NCBI RefSeq assembly: GCF_964355755.1
Contig: NC_092675.1
Coordinates: 21,176,912 to 21,240,911 of the forward strand
Reading direction: 5' to 3'
Origin: Antedon mediterranea
Lineage: Eukaryota > Animalia > Echinodermata
Length of the DNA stretch: 64,000 bases
Shown here one piece after another: positions 1 to 12,980 of this stretch (the stretch's first letter is position 1; each line of letters starts with the position of its first letter). The position numbers were made by a program, and so were the translations under genes. Under the pieces are notes generated by a model. The model saw only the letters and a list, made by a program, of their open reading frames with translations. It did not search any database and was not told where the DNA came from.

Positions 1-2604
1 GCTATATTTCATAGATAGTTTTTGATCAAGTTTAGAATCTCAAGAGGGCGCTATAACGTTTTGCGAGGAAAAAAACACCAGATTCGTTTGAAATATTAAT
101 GATATGCACTATTTGTTTTGTTTTATAATATTAGCATAGTTTGAGCTCATTACGAAACCTATTATGACACGGAAAAATGGGGTTGGAGAGTTATCTATAA
201 ATGTGTTTTATAAGAGGTAAGGTACGAGCGAGTGACAACTTTAATGACATTACACTTGTCGTCACTTGTCGACACTATATTTTGTTGTCTGTTCTTCTTT
301 CATTCTTGAGTTGTCAACTCGAATTTATAACCGAAAAAATCCATGAACTATTTTAATATCGAAACAATCATCATTAAATTTAAATCATTATATTATTTCC
401 ATTTATACGTTGGCTAGTTCTTAATAATTACTAGTATTATTCTACAAATTAGTTACGTCTACAAATCATACAAAAAGATTTCAAAATTGTTAATAAACAG
501 AGACGATTTTAACATGTAAAAAATACATAGAAATATATCACCAACAACAAGAAAATATACACATAGGCCTATATTGGAAATTTACAAAGAGACAACATTG
601 TAATTTATATTTTTAATTACATTGTTAAATGAGTGTCCAATCTCGAAAAGTCTGCAGTTTATCGATTGAATTGATTACTGGATCCAACCATGGACCTTTC
701 TTTTTTCATTTTGTTGTATTATAAAAGGTTTATTTGTTGTTAATAAATATATAAAGGAAAAAAAAGAAGAAAAAAGAGAAAATAGAGAAAATTGCAATAA
801 TTTCATGAAATTTAAAATCATAAGATATGATAAATAAATATGTTTGATTGATGTTTTTGGGGGTTTTTTGTTTATTTTTTTATATACTGTATATATTTCA
901 AATTCAATACTACCTACCTTAGTAGTACCTTAATAATTTATATTTTGTATTTGTTTATGAAAGATGAAAGAAAAAAAAAATGTTTACGTTGAATTGAATT
1001 GAATTGACCTTAGGCCCTCTTTCTAAATTCTAAAAAAAAAATACCGTAAGATAATTAGGCCTGCTACCCTACCAACCTATTACAGTATCAATACTCTAGC
1101 TAAATTGTTACTGGTAGGCCTAGGTTATTTATACAAGGCAAGTCAATCTTGTTTTATGATTCCACGAATATCATTTAAGCCTATGAATAATAAATACACG
1201 ACTTGAATGCAATAGTTTAGGCCTCACCGTCAAACTGTTGTTGTGTCAGGTCATTCGGGTGTGGTTCGAACATTCTGTACCGGGGGTCTATTCACACAGT
1301 AAGACAGTAGGCCTAAATAAGACATCATTTGTTATTACGTAAGAAGTTCAAAAAGACTGTCTCCAATCTCTCAACTTTGCGGTCGTCGCTTGTCATCTAT
1401 TCAATAATGAGACTATTTAAGTTTGTTCGATTGTTCTATTTATTTGACTATTAATTAATGGTTGGTTATTTATGGGAAGGAAGACACGCAGACAAATAAG
1501 TGTTTTCAGGGGAAACTGTGGGGTTCAATGCCTGTCCCGAAACCTTGACCGTGTCACAATCAAGATCAACGTAATCCTTTTGTAGCTAAAGTTTGATTAA
1601 AGATATTCTATTAAATAATCCAAATATAAAGTTTGTTACGTCATGTGAACAATGACGTAGCGTTTGCTGTGTTTAATATGTGAAGAAGTCTCAACTACAG
1701 AATTGCTTTCCGAATAAACAGAATTACTATACCTAAGGCCCAAGGGGCTTTAAAGACGGTTTAAACTCACATCTTTATTTTTTTTCAGAACGTTTAGCCT
1801 TCTTTTTCGTTAAAAATTAAATCGCGTATCGTGTAATTTGTTTAAATTAAAATGTTTAGTTTTTTTACTTCATTTCGTTTCGTAGGCATAAGCATTTATT
1901 TCTATTAATGGTGCATAGAAAATAAATTAAATAAAGAAGAAACATACAATTAATAGAGGATTTTACAATACAAGAAGTAAAACTTGTCACGTAAAACCCA
2001 CGGACAAAACAAAAAAATACTTTGCGCTATATACTGTATGCAATAAATAACAAAACTGTAATAAAAAAGATTTTTTTTATTTTTTATTTCCAAAAACACA
2101 ATGAATAGGCGCGCCACCAGCTGTGTCAGCAATGTAAAAAAAAAGGTTCTCAAATTGTATTATTTTATTTACAGGCCTCCTACGAAGCACAGTCGCGCAC
2201 ATAATGGAAACGGATCTACACAAACTGCGCTCGATTCACACACTACATTTGGCTGGCTCGATTAAAAATAATTGAACGCGTTTATCATGAGGCTGGCCGG
2301 CTGGCTCTTGTTTATAGCAACGCGTATCGGAAGTGCGCAATTATACGCATCTAACAACCAACTGCGTAACTTCCGATTTGATCCTATGGAAACCTGCTTA
2401 CAGCAACCACACAAACAACAGCAAAACTGACGGTTGTTAGTAGTTACAACCGAAGTTTGTATGCGTGTGCATTTTGTTCAACAACAATTAAAGAGAGGCT
2501 ACTATCTTTGTTTTAACGAACCATGTTATGCTGTGCTAATTGAATCAGGACAAGTTACATACTGTAGCGACCACCAAAAAGCGGACTACGCCCTTGCTGT
2601 CTAA

Positions 2605-2837
2605 TACCCTTTTCACATCCGCATAAATGTTCAGGTTTGCTCTCCCGACTTATTACATATTTTCACACACGCATACGGCGCAAACCTTATGAAATCTCGG
2701 AAGGAAAAATAGTTGGGCGCTATTTGATTTAATGATTGGTCAGTTAATACCAGGGTATGTTGGTGTGTTTTTCTTCCGAGATTTTACAAGTTCACTGTCA
2801 CAAGTTTTTACAAGTTTATGCACATGTGAAAAGGTTT
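2605..2837. mobile_element. MITE-like foldback element (PIF/Harbinger-like ends)
   Basis: Imperfect terminal inverted repeat TACCCTTTTCACATCCGCATAAA ... TTTATGCACATGTGAAAAGGTTT, plus an internal inverted pair AAATCTCGGAAG (~2693) / CTTCCGAGATTT (~2773). Flanked by TAA/TAG. No ORF. Confidence 0.6.
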
Positions 2838-3658
2838 TAGCTTTTATAAAATGATTGATAATTTAATATTTTTGATTAGAATAATGTTTTCAAATATTGC
2901 TTTTACGGGTGATTTCTTCTAATCAAAGTGACCATGGTGTGAGAGGGCATGCCAAATTAGTAACTGATAAAGCGATTTGTAAATGTCCAGTACCAGTAGG
3001 CCTAATAATAGTTGACACAAGTCTACAATAACGGAAGACCAGTTAACGCAGTAAAAGAGGCAATTTCCCCGCATAGATCATTTCATCAATTAAGGGTCAC
3101 CTTTGTGGTGATTCTTAATTACGGGTAGTGTGGATGGCGACTTTATATTTACCGATTTTATTATTTGCATTTGTCTTTTTAGGTAATAGGGCTGTTGCTG
3201 TCATGGCTTTGCTTGTTTGCAGTGAACATTGGTTGGACCCGTTTTGAACGCAATTACGTTTGTCTATAGGCCTATCTATCATTCATATTATTGGCGACAT
3301 ATCAAAGCAATTCCCCCTAAAGGGTAAGGTACCACAACATCGTCGGTGGCCCATGAATAAACGCTCAACTTTTTCGGGATTCTACAAATCTGGTTTGCAC
3401 AAAGACGTTTTGCCGAACAGATTAACACATCAAAGACACCGCCATGGCAGTTCTACATAGGTGAGGGGTGAAATGTCGAGGTGGTAACGTGAGGTATTAC
3501 CATTGCCAAATTATTCCTCCATGGTACAGTATTACTAATCACATTACAGTACTAAAAGATCATTCGGTTCATGTTTTACTAAAAAAAAATCTTCATGTAA
3601 GTCTACTGAGGCTAAATTGACAAAAGAGCTATAGGAAGAAAACGTTTGTGAAATAAAA

Positions 3659-3789
3659 GTGGGGTTCAGTGAAGCGCAGCAGAGTATAATTTCACTCTTA
3701 CTCGAGTGAAGGGTGTACGTGGGGTTCAGTGAAGCGCAGCAGAGTGTTGATTTCACTCTTACTCGAGTGAAGGGTGTACGTGGGGTTCA
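3659..3789. repeat. Tandem repeat, 60-61 bp unit, ~2.2 copies
   Basis: Unit GTGGGGTTCAGTGAAGCGCAGCAGAGT...TTCACTCTTACTCGAGTGAAGGGTGTAC restarts at 3659, 3719 and 3780. Each full unit contains a TTCACTC-N6-GAGTGAA hairpin. Confidence 0.9.
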
Positions 3790-4286
3790 TGAATTGTAAC
3801 TTTGTATTCATGGGATGTGAGAGTGTCATACCCCTTCCCAAGTAGGAAATACAAACAAACCAATGTGTAATAGTTTTGCTACTTTTTGTAATACCGAAAT
3901 AACTCATCTCTGCTATGTTTTCCCCATCCCGTATAATCTGAATGTTGTTTTATCCAATACATTTTATATATTCGAAAGTGTCCCCTTCATAGGCGTTCGA
4001 AAGTATGCGTTTTACTGTATTTTATTAAGTTGTGACTGTGTAAAAAAGTTGCGAATTTGCGATCAGGGGAATCTGTGGAGGCGCGCTCAATTAAGACTTT
4101 CAACAATAATTTATTGAGATAATGACACCTCTTACGAATTATTCTTATGTTTAAAATACTTTACAAAACCACTAACAGGTGCTAATTATCAAGGAAATTG
4201 AAATTAATGAAGTATATTGATTTCATTATTAATGTACTACCACAACTTTCTTGCTGTGCTGTCTGTAATGTGACCATTAAAGAAAT

Positions 4287-7200
4287 CACCCGATTCTGCT
4301 ACTGTCCACAGGTGCTATCTGTAAAACTATAGCTAGTTATACACGTTGTTGTCTGCTATAAATGCTGTAATTTTAACACACGGTACACTGTCCGTAGCAC
4401 AGTGTCTGTTGACAATTTACAATGATGTACAACCATAGGCAGGTTTTCGTACTGCCATGCAAGAATGGATAGGCCTATGCCTAGGTGTTTTCCGCCGCTT
4501 TTAGGCCTTCTAGTCAATTATTGTTATTATTATACGAATTACGTAATTAGTCTAGTAGCTCATCTACCTTTTTAGCAGGGCATAATGAATATTGTAGCTA
4601 GGCTAGGCCTACTAGTCTAGCGGGAAATCAACCAATTATTTGGTTGGATACGAGTTTAGGGTAGGAAGTTAAGTACGAGTTGGCATGGGTACGAGTCGAC
4701 CAGGGGTGAATCGACCAGGGTACACCCGGGCGCCCTACTAGAGCATAGGCTACAGGCCTGCAGGAATGGGAAATCTGTCCTAGTTATAGGCATAGGCCTA
4801 CATTGGGACGCCCAAAAAAGTCATCCTATGAGCATAAAAAGGCCTCGTAGAGCCAGACATGTTAACATATACTACACAGTACTAGTACGTCTACCATTTA
4901 TTATAGTTCCATGGTACTACGGATCAGTACTATCTAGGTCTGGTAGGGTAGGGTTCCAGTAATTTCGGTCGCGTTTTTTCAGGAGGGCATGTGAGAGGTG
5001 AGGTAGGTTAGCCCAGCTAGGCTAAACTAACATGTAAGTAGTATTCTACCATGGGATGGGAATGAGTCGGCATGGGGGTACGGGCTGATCTTTATCCGTA
5101 TTCTAGGGTGCTGGCCAACCCGTAACGTACCCATGTCAACTCGTACCAAACTTGGCTAACTCGTACCCAAATAATTGGTCAACTGGTACCAATAGCTTTA
5201 TAGCTTTATTGATAGCTGGGTTCAAATCTAGGTTGGGACGGTTTTTTCTCATTCTAAAACAGATTTCCTTATAATAATAAAATATCGACCTATAACTGTA
5301 ATATTGTATTGTATACATAATATTAGTAGTAATAGTAATTCCCATTGCATTTATTATTATAATATATTTTAAGGTTACCCATTAATTATACTATAGTATA
5401 ACTTCCTTGTTATATTTTACAATATTTTTTTCATAATTCAACACTTTTTTTTCACAGCTAATTATCAAACTGAATCATCACACACCAAATCTCATGAAAT
5501 CTCTAGTGTATTTCTCCAAGCTAATCCAGCTACATGGTATTGCCTTGAGCATAGAGATATTATAGTGAACTATAATATCTCTATGCCTTGAGGCTAAACT
5601 ACACTGTATACTGGCCACTACCATCATTCCTGGCCCGTCAACCTGGACCACATTATGGTCCAACACAGTCGTGTACTACTGATTCCAAATAGTGAATTAC
5701 ATCCTGTGGTCAAGGATTTATTTGCACTTATGCTTATTTCCTCCAACATACAGAGTACGTAAGGCTTTTAATTTGCTTTTATACCTGTTAATTAAAAAAT
5801 CGTTTATGCCTATTGTTGCATAAAGATCAAATTTAGACTGTAAATACTGGGATGATCACCCTAAATTTTCTTTTTCATTTAACAATTTTATATTTCACAG
5901 CCAGAAAAAAGCATACAGAGTTTTTTTTTATTCATAACTGTTGAATTGCATCCCAATACATGGTACCTATTGGTATTATATCTATAATAATAAAGTACTC
6001 TCTTATAAATAGATGTATCTCTCCAAACTACTCCAACTACCTAATCTAATAATAGTACTATTAGCATACTACTGTACACTTTTTAGACAAGAAATAAGTT
6101 GTATCCACCTAGAGGACTTATGTTAGTACTGTACAGTCGATCGTCCTCTCACTGGTCTGGTCAACATAATCTACGCCTAGATTATTACAGTAATTAAAGT
6201 ACTTTATTACAGGGATTTTTTTTTTTTCAGAAATCAAAGTTATGTGTATAGAAAGCAGTACTCGTATTTAAAACTAAGCAGGTTGTACTCTTGAACGCAA
6301 ACTGGCAGGAAAATTTTGAATATTTTTTGTTGTTGAAATGATGGAATCCTAACTTCAATTTCCACGAACTGGAGACGAAGACATATTACGACCCTTTTAT
6401 TTAAATTTATTTGGATAGACCTCCGTGTAAATTCATTAAAGGCTATATGATTGTTTTATATTTTAATATGTGATAGTAGAAAATCATTGTGTATAATGAG
6501 GACTATGAATCTGATATTTACTTACATTCTCATCTTTTTAAAAGTTTATTTATAATGCTGGTAATGAATTTACTATTGAAAAAGTCATGTGTCCACTTAT
6601 CTCAAATTGTGGCACACCTCTAACCTTGGTAGAACTGACTGTGTTCTATGAGTACATTTAATTTGCCATATAGTAGTGTTTCCACCATACTTCAACCTGG
6701 TAATTGAATACATTTCATCGGGGTAAAATTATCACCTTTAACATAAAGTATCCTCCTGAAACATGTATTTGTACTGTACTTCATCTACTATTCATTTAAT
6801 TACTTAATACTAATTTGGGTGATTTATGTCTAACTTCAGGTATGATCTGAGGCTAGAAGAACGAATTTCTGCACATATAATTTATATAAAAAATAAACCA
6901 ATGTTTTCCTAAAAATTTAACCCCTAGGTTGATAACTAACAAAGAAATTATTGAAATTGTGTTCTCACAATATATGTGTACTGTATCTGCACATGCATAC
7001 TGCTGTACTTGTTTTAACCGCATAATGGCATTAAAAAAAAAGAATGTTTTATAATTATTATGTTATTTCCAAATATTAAAGGTCTGAAAAAGAAACTAAA
7101 TGTTACCAAACTATGTTTTTGAAAATCTCTATGATTGATATAATATAATAATATGAACATAATATTAAATTATATTGACTATTTTTGATAATCATCATGT

Positions 7201-10200
7201 AATATAGTTCATATATTATGTATTAAATAAATTGGTAAGGCCCTATACTGTTTATATTTAAGGAAAGTTTATATACACTATTATTTTATGCCTACCAATA
7301 TTAGTATTAATTGTTTATGTAACTATTTTGTCTAATTGCATTGATTTTTTGTATAGGCCAATGGCATTAATGTTTTCTCAAATCAAGTTAGCCTAATAAT
7401 GCCATATTTAGAAACATAATTCATTGATTTCTGATATTCTGTACTTGTGTATGCATTACTAAAAGAGTAGTTATTTTATTTCATTTATAATGTATGTATA
7501 AACTTTTATTCATTTTTTTTTTACATTTTTAAGTTTAAAAATAATTATTAAAATACCTATCTACCTTTCTGTTATTGTTACTATTATAATATTTTTTTGA
7601 GGCAGATTGATTTCAATAAAAAAATTTTAAACAATTAATTTGACTTATAATGTACTATGTTAGTTCAGGAGATGAAGTGTGTGTTGGTAGAATCTGGTGT
7701 GTTGGAGGTTGGTGATGTGAGGTGTATTTTTGTCACTTTAAGACCTAAATTAGATGTTTTCTGAAGAAAAGAAGTAAGTGGATAGGCTTTCAAACAACTC
7801 CAAGAAGATTCACACAAAAATAATTCCCAATAAAATAGTATGTAACAGTGTATATTACACTACATTGAATAAACTCGAGCGGAAAAATAACACACATAAA
7901 AAATCATTCATTTCCTTGTCGAAAAGCGCCCTCTCTAGTTTTCTATTAATTTATTAATAATTATTATTAATTAATGAGTAATATAAACTTATTTTTAACA
8001 TTTAATGCTGGAAGCTGATACTACTCCTAACAAGGTGTCATACCTCCCAATTTCGTCAACGTATTCAAAGCACTTCAATAAATATCACATTGAACATTAA
8101 AAATTAGGGTTATGGATAGAATTTTGCTTAAAAACATATACAAAAAACATCGATAAAAAATACTTTCCGAATTTAAAAACATTTGAAACTTCTTTTATAT
8201 GTTCAATATAGGTTGCTCTATTCACAGAAACAAAATTTCATTCATGAACGTATTTTGTTGGTTGTTTTTTTCAAAATCGTTATTAGGTTTAAAAAATGCA
8301 TTGGAATTGTATGGTCTTTCATAAGTGTACATTTTGTAAAAACGTAAATTTAAAAAATCAGTAATATGGCTCGATAGTCTTTTTTTTTTTGCAATATGGA
8401 TGGAGCAACCTATATTGAACATTTATACCAAGTATCAAATGTTTTTGAATACGAAAAATATTTTTATCGATGTTTTTTGTATATGTTTTAAGCAAAATTC
8501 TATCCATAACCCTAATTTTTAATGTTCAATGTGATATTTATTGAAGTGCTTTGAATACGTTGATGAAATTTAGAGGTATGAAACTTTGTTTGGAGTAGAA
8601 TCAGCTTCCAGCATCAAATGTTAAAAATATGTTTATATTACTCATTAATTAATAATAATTATTAATAAATTAATAGAAAACTAGAGAGGGCGCTTTTCGA
8701 CAAGGAAATGAATGTTTTTTTATGTGTGTTATTTTTCCGCTCGAATTCATTCAATGTACTTTAATATACACTGTTACATACTATTTTATTGGGAAGCCTA
8801 TTTGCTTCTTTTCTTCAGAAAACATCTAATTTAGGTCTTAAAGTCACAAAAATACACCTCACATCACCAACCTCAAACACACCAGATTCTACCAACACAC
8901 ACTTCATCTCCTGAACTAACATAGTACAGTATAAGTCAAATTAAATGTTTTAAATTTTTTTATTGAAATCAATCTTCTGCAAAAAATATTATAATAGTAA
9001 CAATAACAGAAAGGTTGATAGGTATTTTAATATTTTTTAAACTTAAAAAGGTAAAAAAAAAAAATGAATAAATGTTTATACATACATTATAAATGAAATA
9101 AAATAACTACTATTTTAGTAATGCATACACAAGTACAGAATATCAGAAATCAAAGAATTATGTGTCTAAATATGGCATTATTAGGCTAATTTGCTTTGAG
9201 AAAAACATTAATGCCATTGGCCTATACAAAAAATCAATGCAATTAGACAAAATAGTTACATAAACAATTAATACTATATTGGTAGGCATAAAATAATAGT
9301 GTATATAAACTTTCCTTAAATATAAACAGTATAGGGCCTTACCAATTTATTTAATACATAATATATGAACTATATTACACAAAAGGACATGATGATTATC
9401 AATATAATTTAATATTATGTTCATATTATTATATTATATCATAGAGATTTTCAAAAACATAGTTTGGTAACATTTAGTTTCTGTTTCAGACCTTTAATAT
9501 TTAGAAATAACCTATAATAATTATAAAACATTCTTGTTTTCAATGCCATTATGCGGTTAAAAACAAGTACAGCAGTATGCATATGTAGATACAGTACACC
9601 TATATATTGTGAGAACATAATTTCAATAATTTCTTTGTTAGTTATCAACCTAGGGGTTAAATTATTAGGAAAACATTGGTTTATTTTTTATATGTGTACA
9701 GAAATTCGTTCTTCTAGCCTCAGATCTTTCCCTGAAGTTAGACATAATATAAATCACATAAATTAGTATTAAGTAATGGATGAAGTACAGTACAAATACA
9801 TGTTTCAGGAGGATACTTTATGTTAAAGGTGATAATTAGTTTAACTGTTACCCCAATGAAATTTATTCAATTACCAGGTTGAAGTAGTATGGTGGAAACA
9901 CTACTATATGTACTCATGTAGAACACAGTCAGTTCTACCAAGGTTAGAGGTGGGCCGGGTGCCAACATTTGAGATAAGTGGAAACATGACCTTTTCAATA
10001 GTAAATTCATTACCAGCATTATAAATAAAATGTTAAAAAGATGAGAATGCAAGTAAATATTAGATTCATAGTCCTCATTATGCACAATGGTTTTCTACTA
10101 TCACATTATTAAAATATAAAACAATCATATAGCCTTTAATGAATTTACATGGAGGTCTATCCAAATAAATTTAAATAAAAGGGTCGTAATATGTCTTTGT

Positions 10201-12426
10201 CTCCAGTTCGTGGAAAATGAACAAAAAATATTCAAAATATCCTGCCAGTTTGCGTTCAGTACAACCTGCTTAGTTTTTAATACGAGTACTGCTTTCTATA
10301 CACATAACTTTGATTTCTGCAAAAAAAAAAAAATCTCTGTAATAATGTACTTTTTAATTACTGTAATAATCTAGGCGTAGATTATGTTGACCAGGCCAGT
10401 GAGAGGACGATCGACAGTACAGTACTAACATAAGTCCTCTAGGTGGATACAACTTATTTCTTGTCTACAAAGTGTACAGTAGTATGCTAATAGTACATAT
10501 ATTATTAGTATACTATAGTTGGAGTAGTTTGGAGAGATACATCTATTTATAAGAGAGTACTTTATATTTATAGATATAATACCAATAGGTACCATGTATT
10601 GGGATGCAATTCAACAGTTATGAATAAAACAAACATCAAAAAACTCTGTATGCTTTTTTCTAGCTGTGAAATAAATTTTGGGTGATTATTCCAGTATTTA
10701 CAGTCTAAATTTGATCTTTATGCACCAATAGGCTTAAATGATTTTTAAATTAACCGGTATAAAAGCAAATTAGAAGCCATACATACTCTGTATGTTATTG
10801 TTAGAGGAAATAAGCATAAGAGCAAATAAAGCCTTGACCACAGGATGGAATCAGTAGTACACGACTGTACTTACGTGTGGGCTAGGAATGATGGTAGTGC
10901 CAGTATACAGTGTAATTTAGCCTCAAGGCAATACCATGTAGCTACATTAGCTTGCAGAAATACAGTAGAGATTTCATGAGACTTGGTGTGTGATGATTCA
11001 GTATGATAATTTGTGCTGTGAAAAAAAAAATTGCTGAATTATGAAGACAATATTGTAAAATATAACAAGGAAATTATACTATAGTTACTATAATTAAGGG
11101 GTAACCGTAAAATATATAATAATAATAATAAATGCAATGGGAATTACTAATATTATGTAAACAATACAATATTAAGTTAAATTCATAGGCCGATATTATT
11201 TTATTATTATAAGGAAATCTGTTTTTGAATGAGAAAAAGCCGTCCCAACCCAGATTTGAACCCAGTATCAATAAAGCTATAAACAGAATAGACAATTATT
11301 GTAGCCGGAATTTAGCGTAGACCTACTCGAGGCCTAGTAAGATTAGCTAGAAGAATACAGGTCAACCCGCAATTCCAACTGGTAACCAAATTTTGGTATA
11401 TTCGTACCCAAAATGTTGGCTCGCACTCTAGCAATCATCAAGGGCTGGCTTGTACTCTTCATGGGCTGACCAGTATCCATGTTTAATGCTATTAAAAGTT
11501 TTGGTACAGGTTAGCCAAAGTTGGTACGATTTGACCAATTATTTGAGTACGGGTTAGCCAAATTGGGTACGAGTTGGCATGGGTAGGTTGACCAGCACCC
11601 TAGAAAATGATAAGGGTCAACCCGTACCACTGTGCCAACTCGTTCCCATGCTAGAATACTACTTACAGGTTAGTTTAGCCTAGCTGGGCTAACCTACCTC
11701 ACCTCTCACATGCCCTCCTGATAAGTAGGCCGAAAACGCGACCGAAATTACTGGAACTCTAGCATACTAGCTATGCCTAGATAGTAGTGTCCCATCCGTA
11801 GTATAGTACCATGGAACTGTAATAAATGGTAGACGTACTAGTACTGTGTAGTATAGGCTAACACCTCTGGCTCTACGAGGCCTTTTTATGCTCATGGGAT
11901 GGCTTTTTTGGGCGTCCCAATGTAGGCCTATGCCTATAGCTAGGACAGATTTCCCATTCCTGCAGGCCTGTAGCCTATGCTCTAGTAGGGCGGCCGGGTG
12001 TACCCTGGTCGACTCGTACCCATGCCAACTCAACTCGTACTTAACTTCCTACCCTAAACTCGTATCCAACCAAATAATTGGTTGATTTCCCGCTAGACTA
12101 GTAGTAGGCCTAGCCTAGCTACAATATTCATTATGCCCTGCTAAAAAGGTAGATGAGCTACTAAACTAATTACGTAATTCGTATAATAATAACAATAATT
12201 GACAAGAAGGCCTAAAAGCGGCGGAAAACACCTATCCATTCTTGCATGGCAGTACGAAAACCTGCCTATCTATGGTTGTACAGTACATCATTGTAAATTG
12301 TCAACAGACACTGTGCTACAGACAGTGTACCGTGTGTTAAAAGTACAGCATTTATAGCAGACAACAACGTGTATAACTTGCTATAGTTTTACAGATAGCA
12401 CATGTGGACAGTAGCAGAATCGGGTG
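4287..12426. mobile_element. Giant foldback (palindromic) element, ~4-kb inverted arms, 8-bp TSD
   Basis: Left arm 4287-~8225 is the reverse complement of right arm ~8395-12426 along its whole length, with scattered substitutions and indels; spacer ~170 bp. Ends CACCCGATTCTGCTACTGTCCACA ... TGTGGACAGTAGCAGAATCGGGTG. Direct repeat AAAGAAAT at 4279-4286 and 12427-12434. No long ORF. Confidence 0.88.
5550..5585. mobile_element. 36-bp hairpin mini-transposon relic with 7-bp TSD (P-superfamily-like)
   Basis: CATAGAGATATTATAG-TGAA-CTATAATATCTCTATG flanked by CCTTGAG at 5543-5549 and 5586-5592. The equivalent position in the right arm (~10922-10928) has a single copy of the 7-mer, i.e. an empty site. 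Confidence 0.85.
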
Positions 12427-12911
12427 AAAGAAATAAAGAAATTGCTGTAATGCGTCTGTAACATTACTTTACTGCAGTTATTGTAGTGGTTACTGCAGTC
12501 ACCTATTATTGCATAGTTAAGGTTAATTGGTCATTTGCCTTACTTAAAAAGCGATTGCAGCAGTTCAATACCTAGTTTATATATTTTAATAGTCGAGACC
12601 TAACTCATTTCTTATCAGGTGAATCAATATTAAATACATTTACGAGCCTTTTGTAATGTAGTTATTGTGGTATGATCATTACTGTAATTATGTATAGATG
12701 GTATCATCATTTGAATCATCCAGGCTCCATAACAAAATGATGGAGATCCTGAGATGATCTGATACCGGTGGTTTTTTTGTGTCTGCCTTTTTTATTTAAA
12801 CTTATTTTTATGCAATTGATTTTTTAACTAATGGACGTCGGTTTCCGGATGTGATGTGACGGTTTCCAAGATGTGAGCTCCAATAACTTTTCATTCCATT
12901 TTTTTTGGCAC

Positions 12912-12980
12912 GGTCGGTTGGTCGGTCGGTCGGTAAACACTAACTTGAGCACGCGACTGCAGCCATCTACATGGCCTTGT
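12912..12980 (+). mobile_element. Partial HINE/DINE-1-like element (3' part)
   Basis: (GGTC)n microsatellite followed by GCACGCGACT ... GGCCTTGTT, the same 3' end as the copies at 39950 and 51890. Confidence 0.55.

Noticed and set aside
3544-3907. Short ORFs with repeated peptides (LCCASLNPT, TLHSSKSEI)
   Set aside because: By-products of the 60-bp tandem repeat.
5458-7770. Protein-coding gene or transposase within the palindrome arms
   Set aside because: Trial translations give only short frames with stops and no recognisable motif; a highly decayed gene cannot be excluded without a translated search.
4287-12426. Assembly foldback artefact
   Set aside because: The arms differ by many substitutions and arm-specific insertions, and the unit is bounded by an 8-bp direct repeat; long-read confirmation is still desirable.
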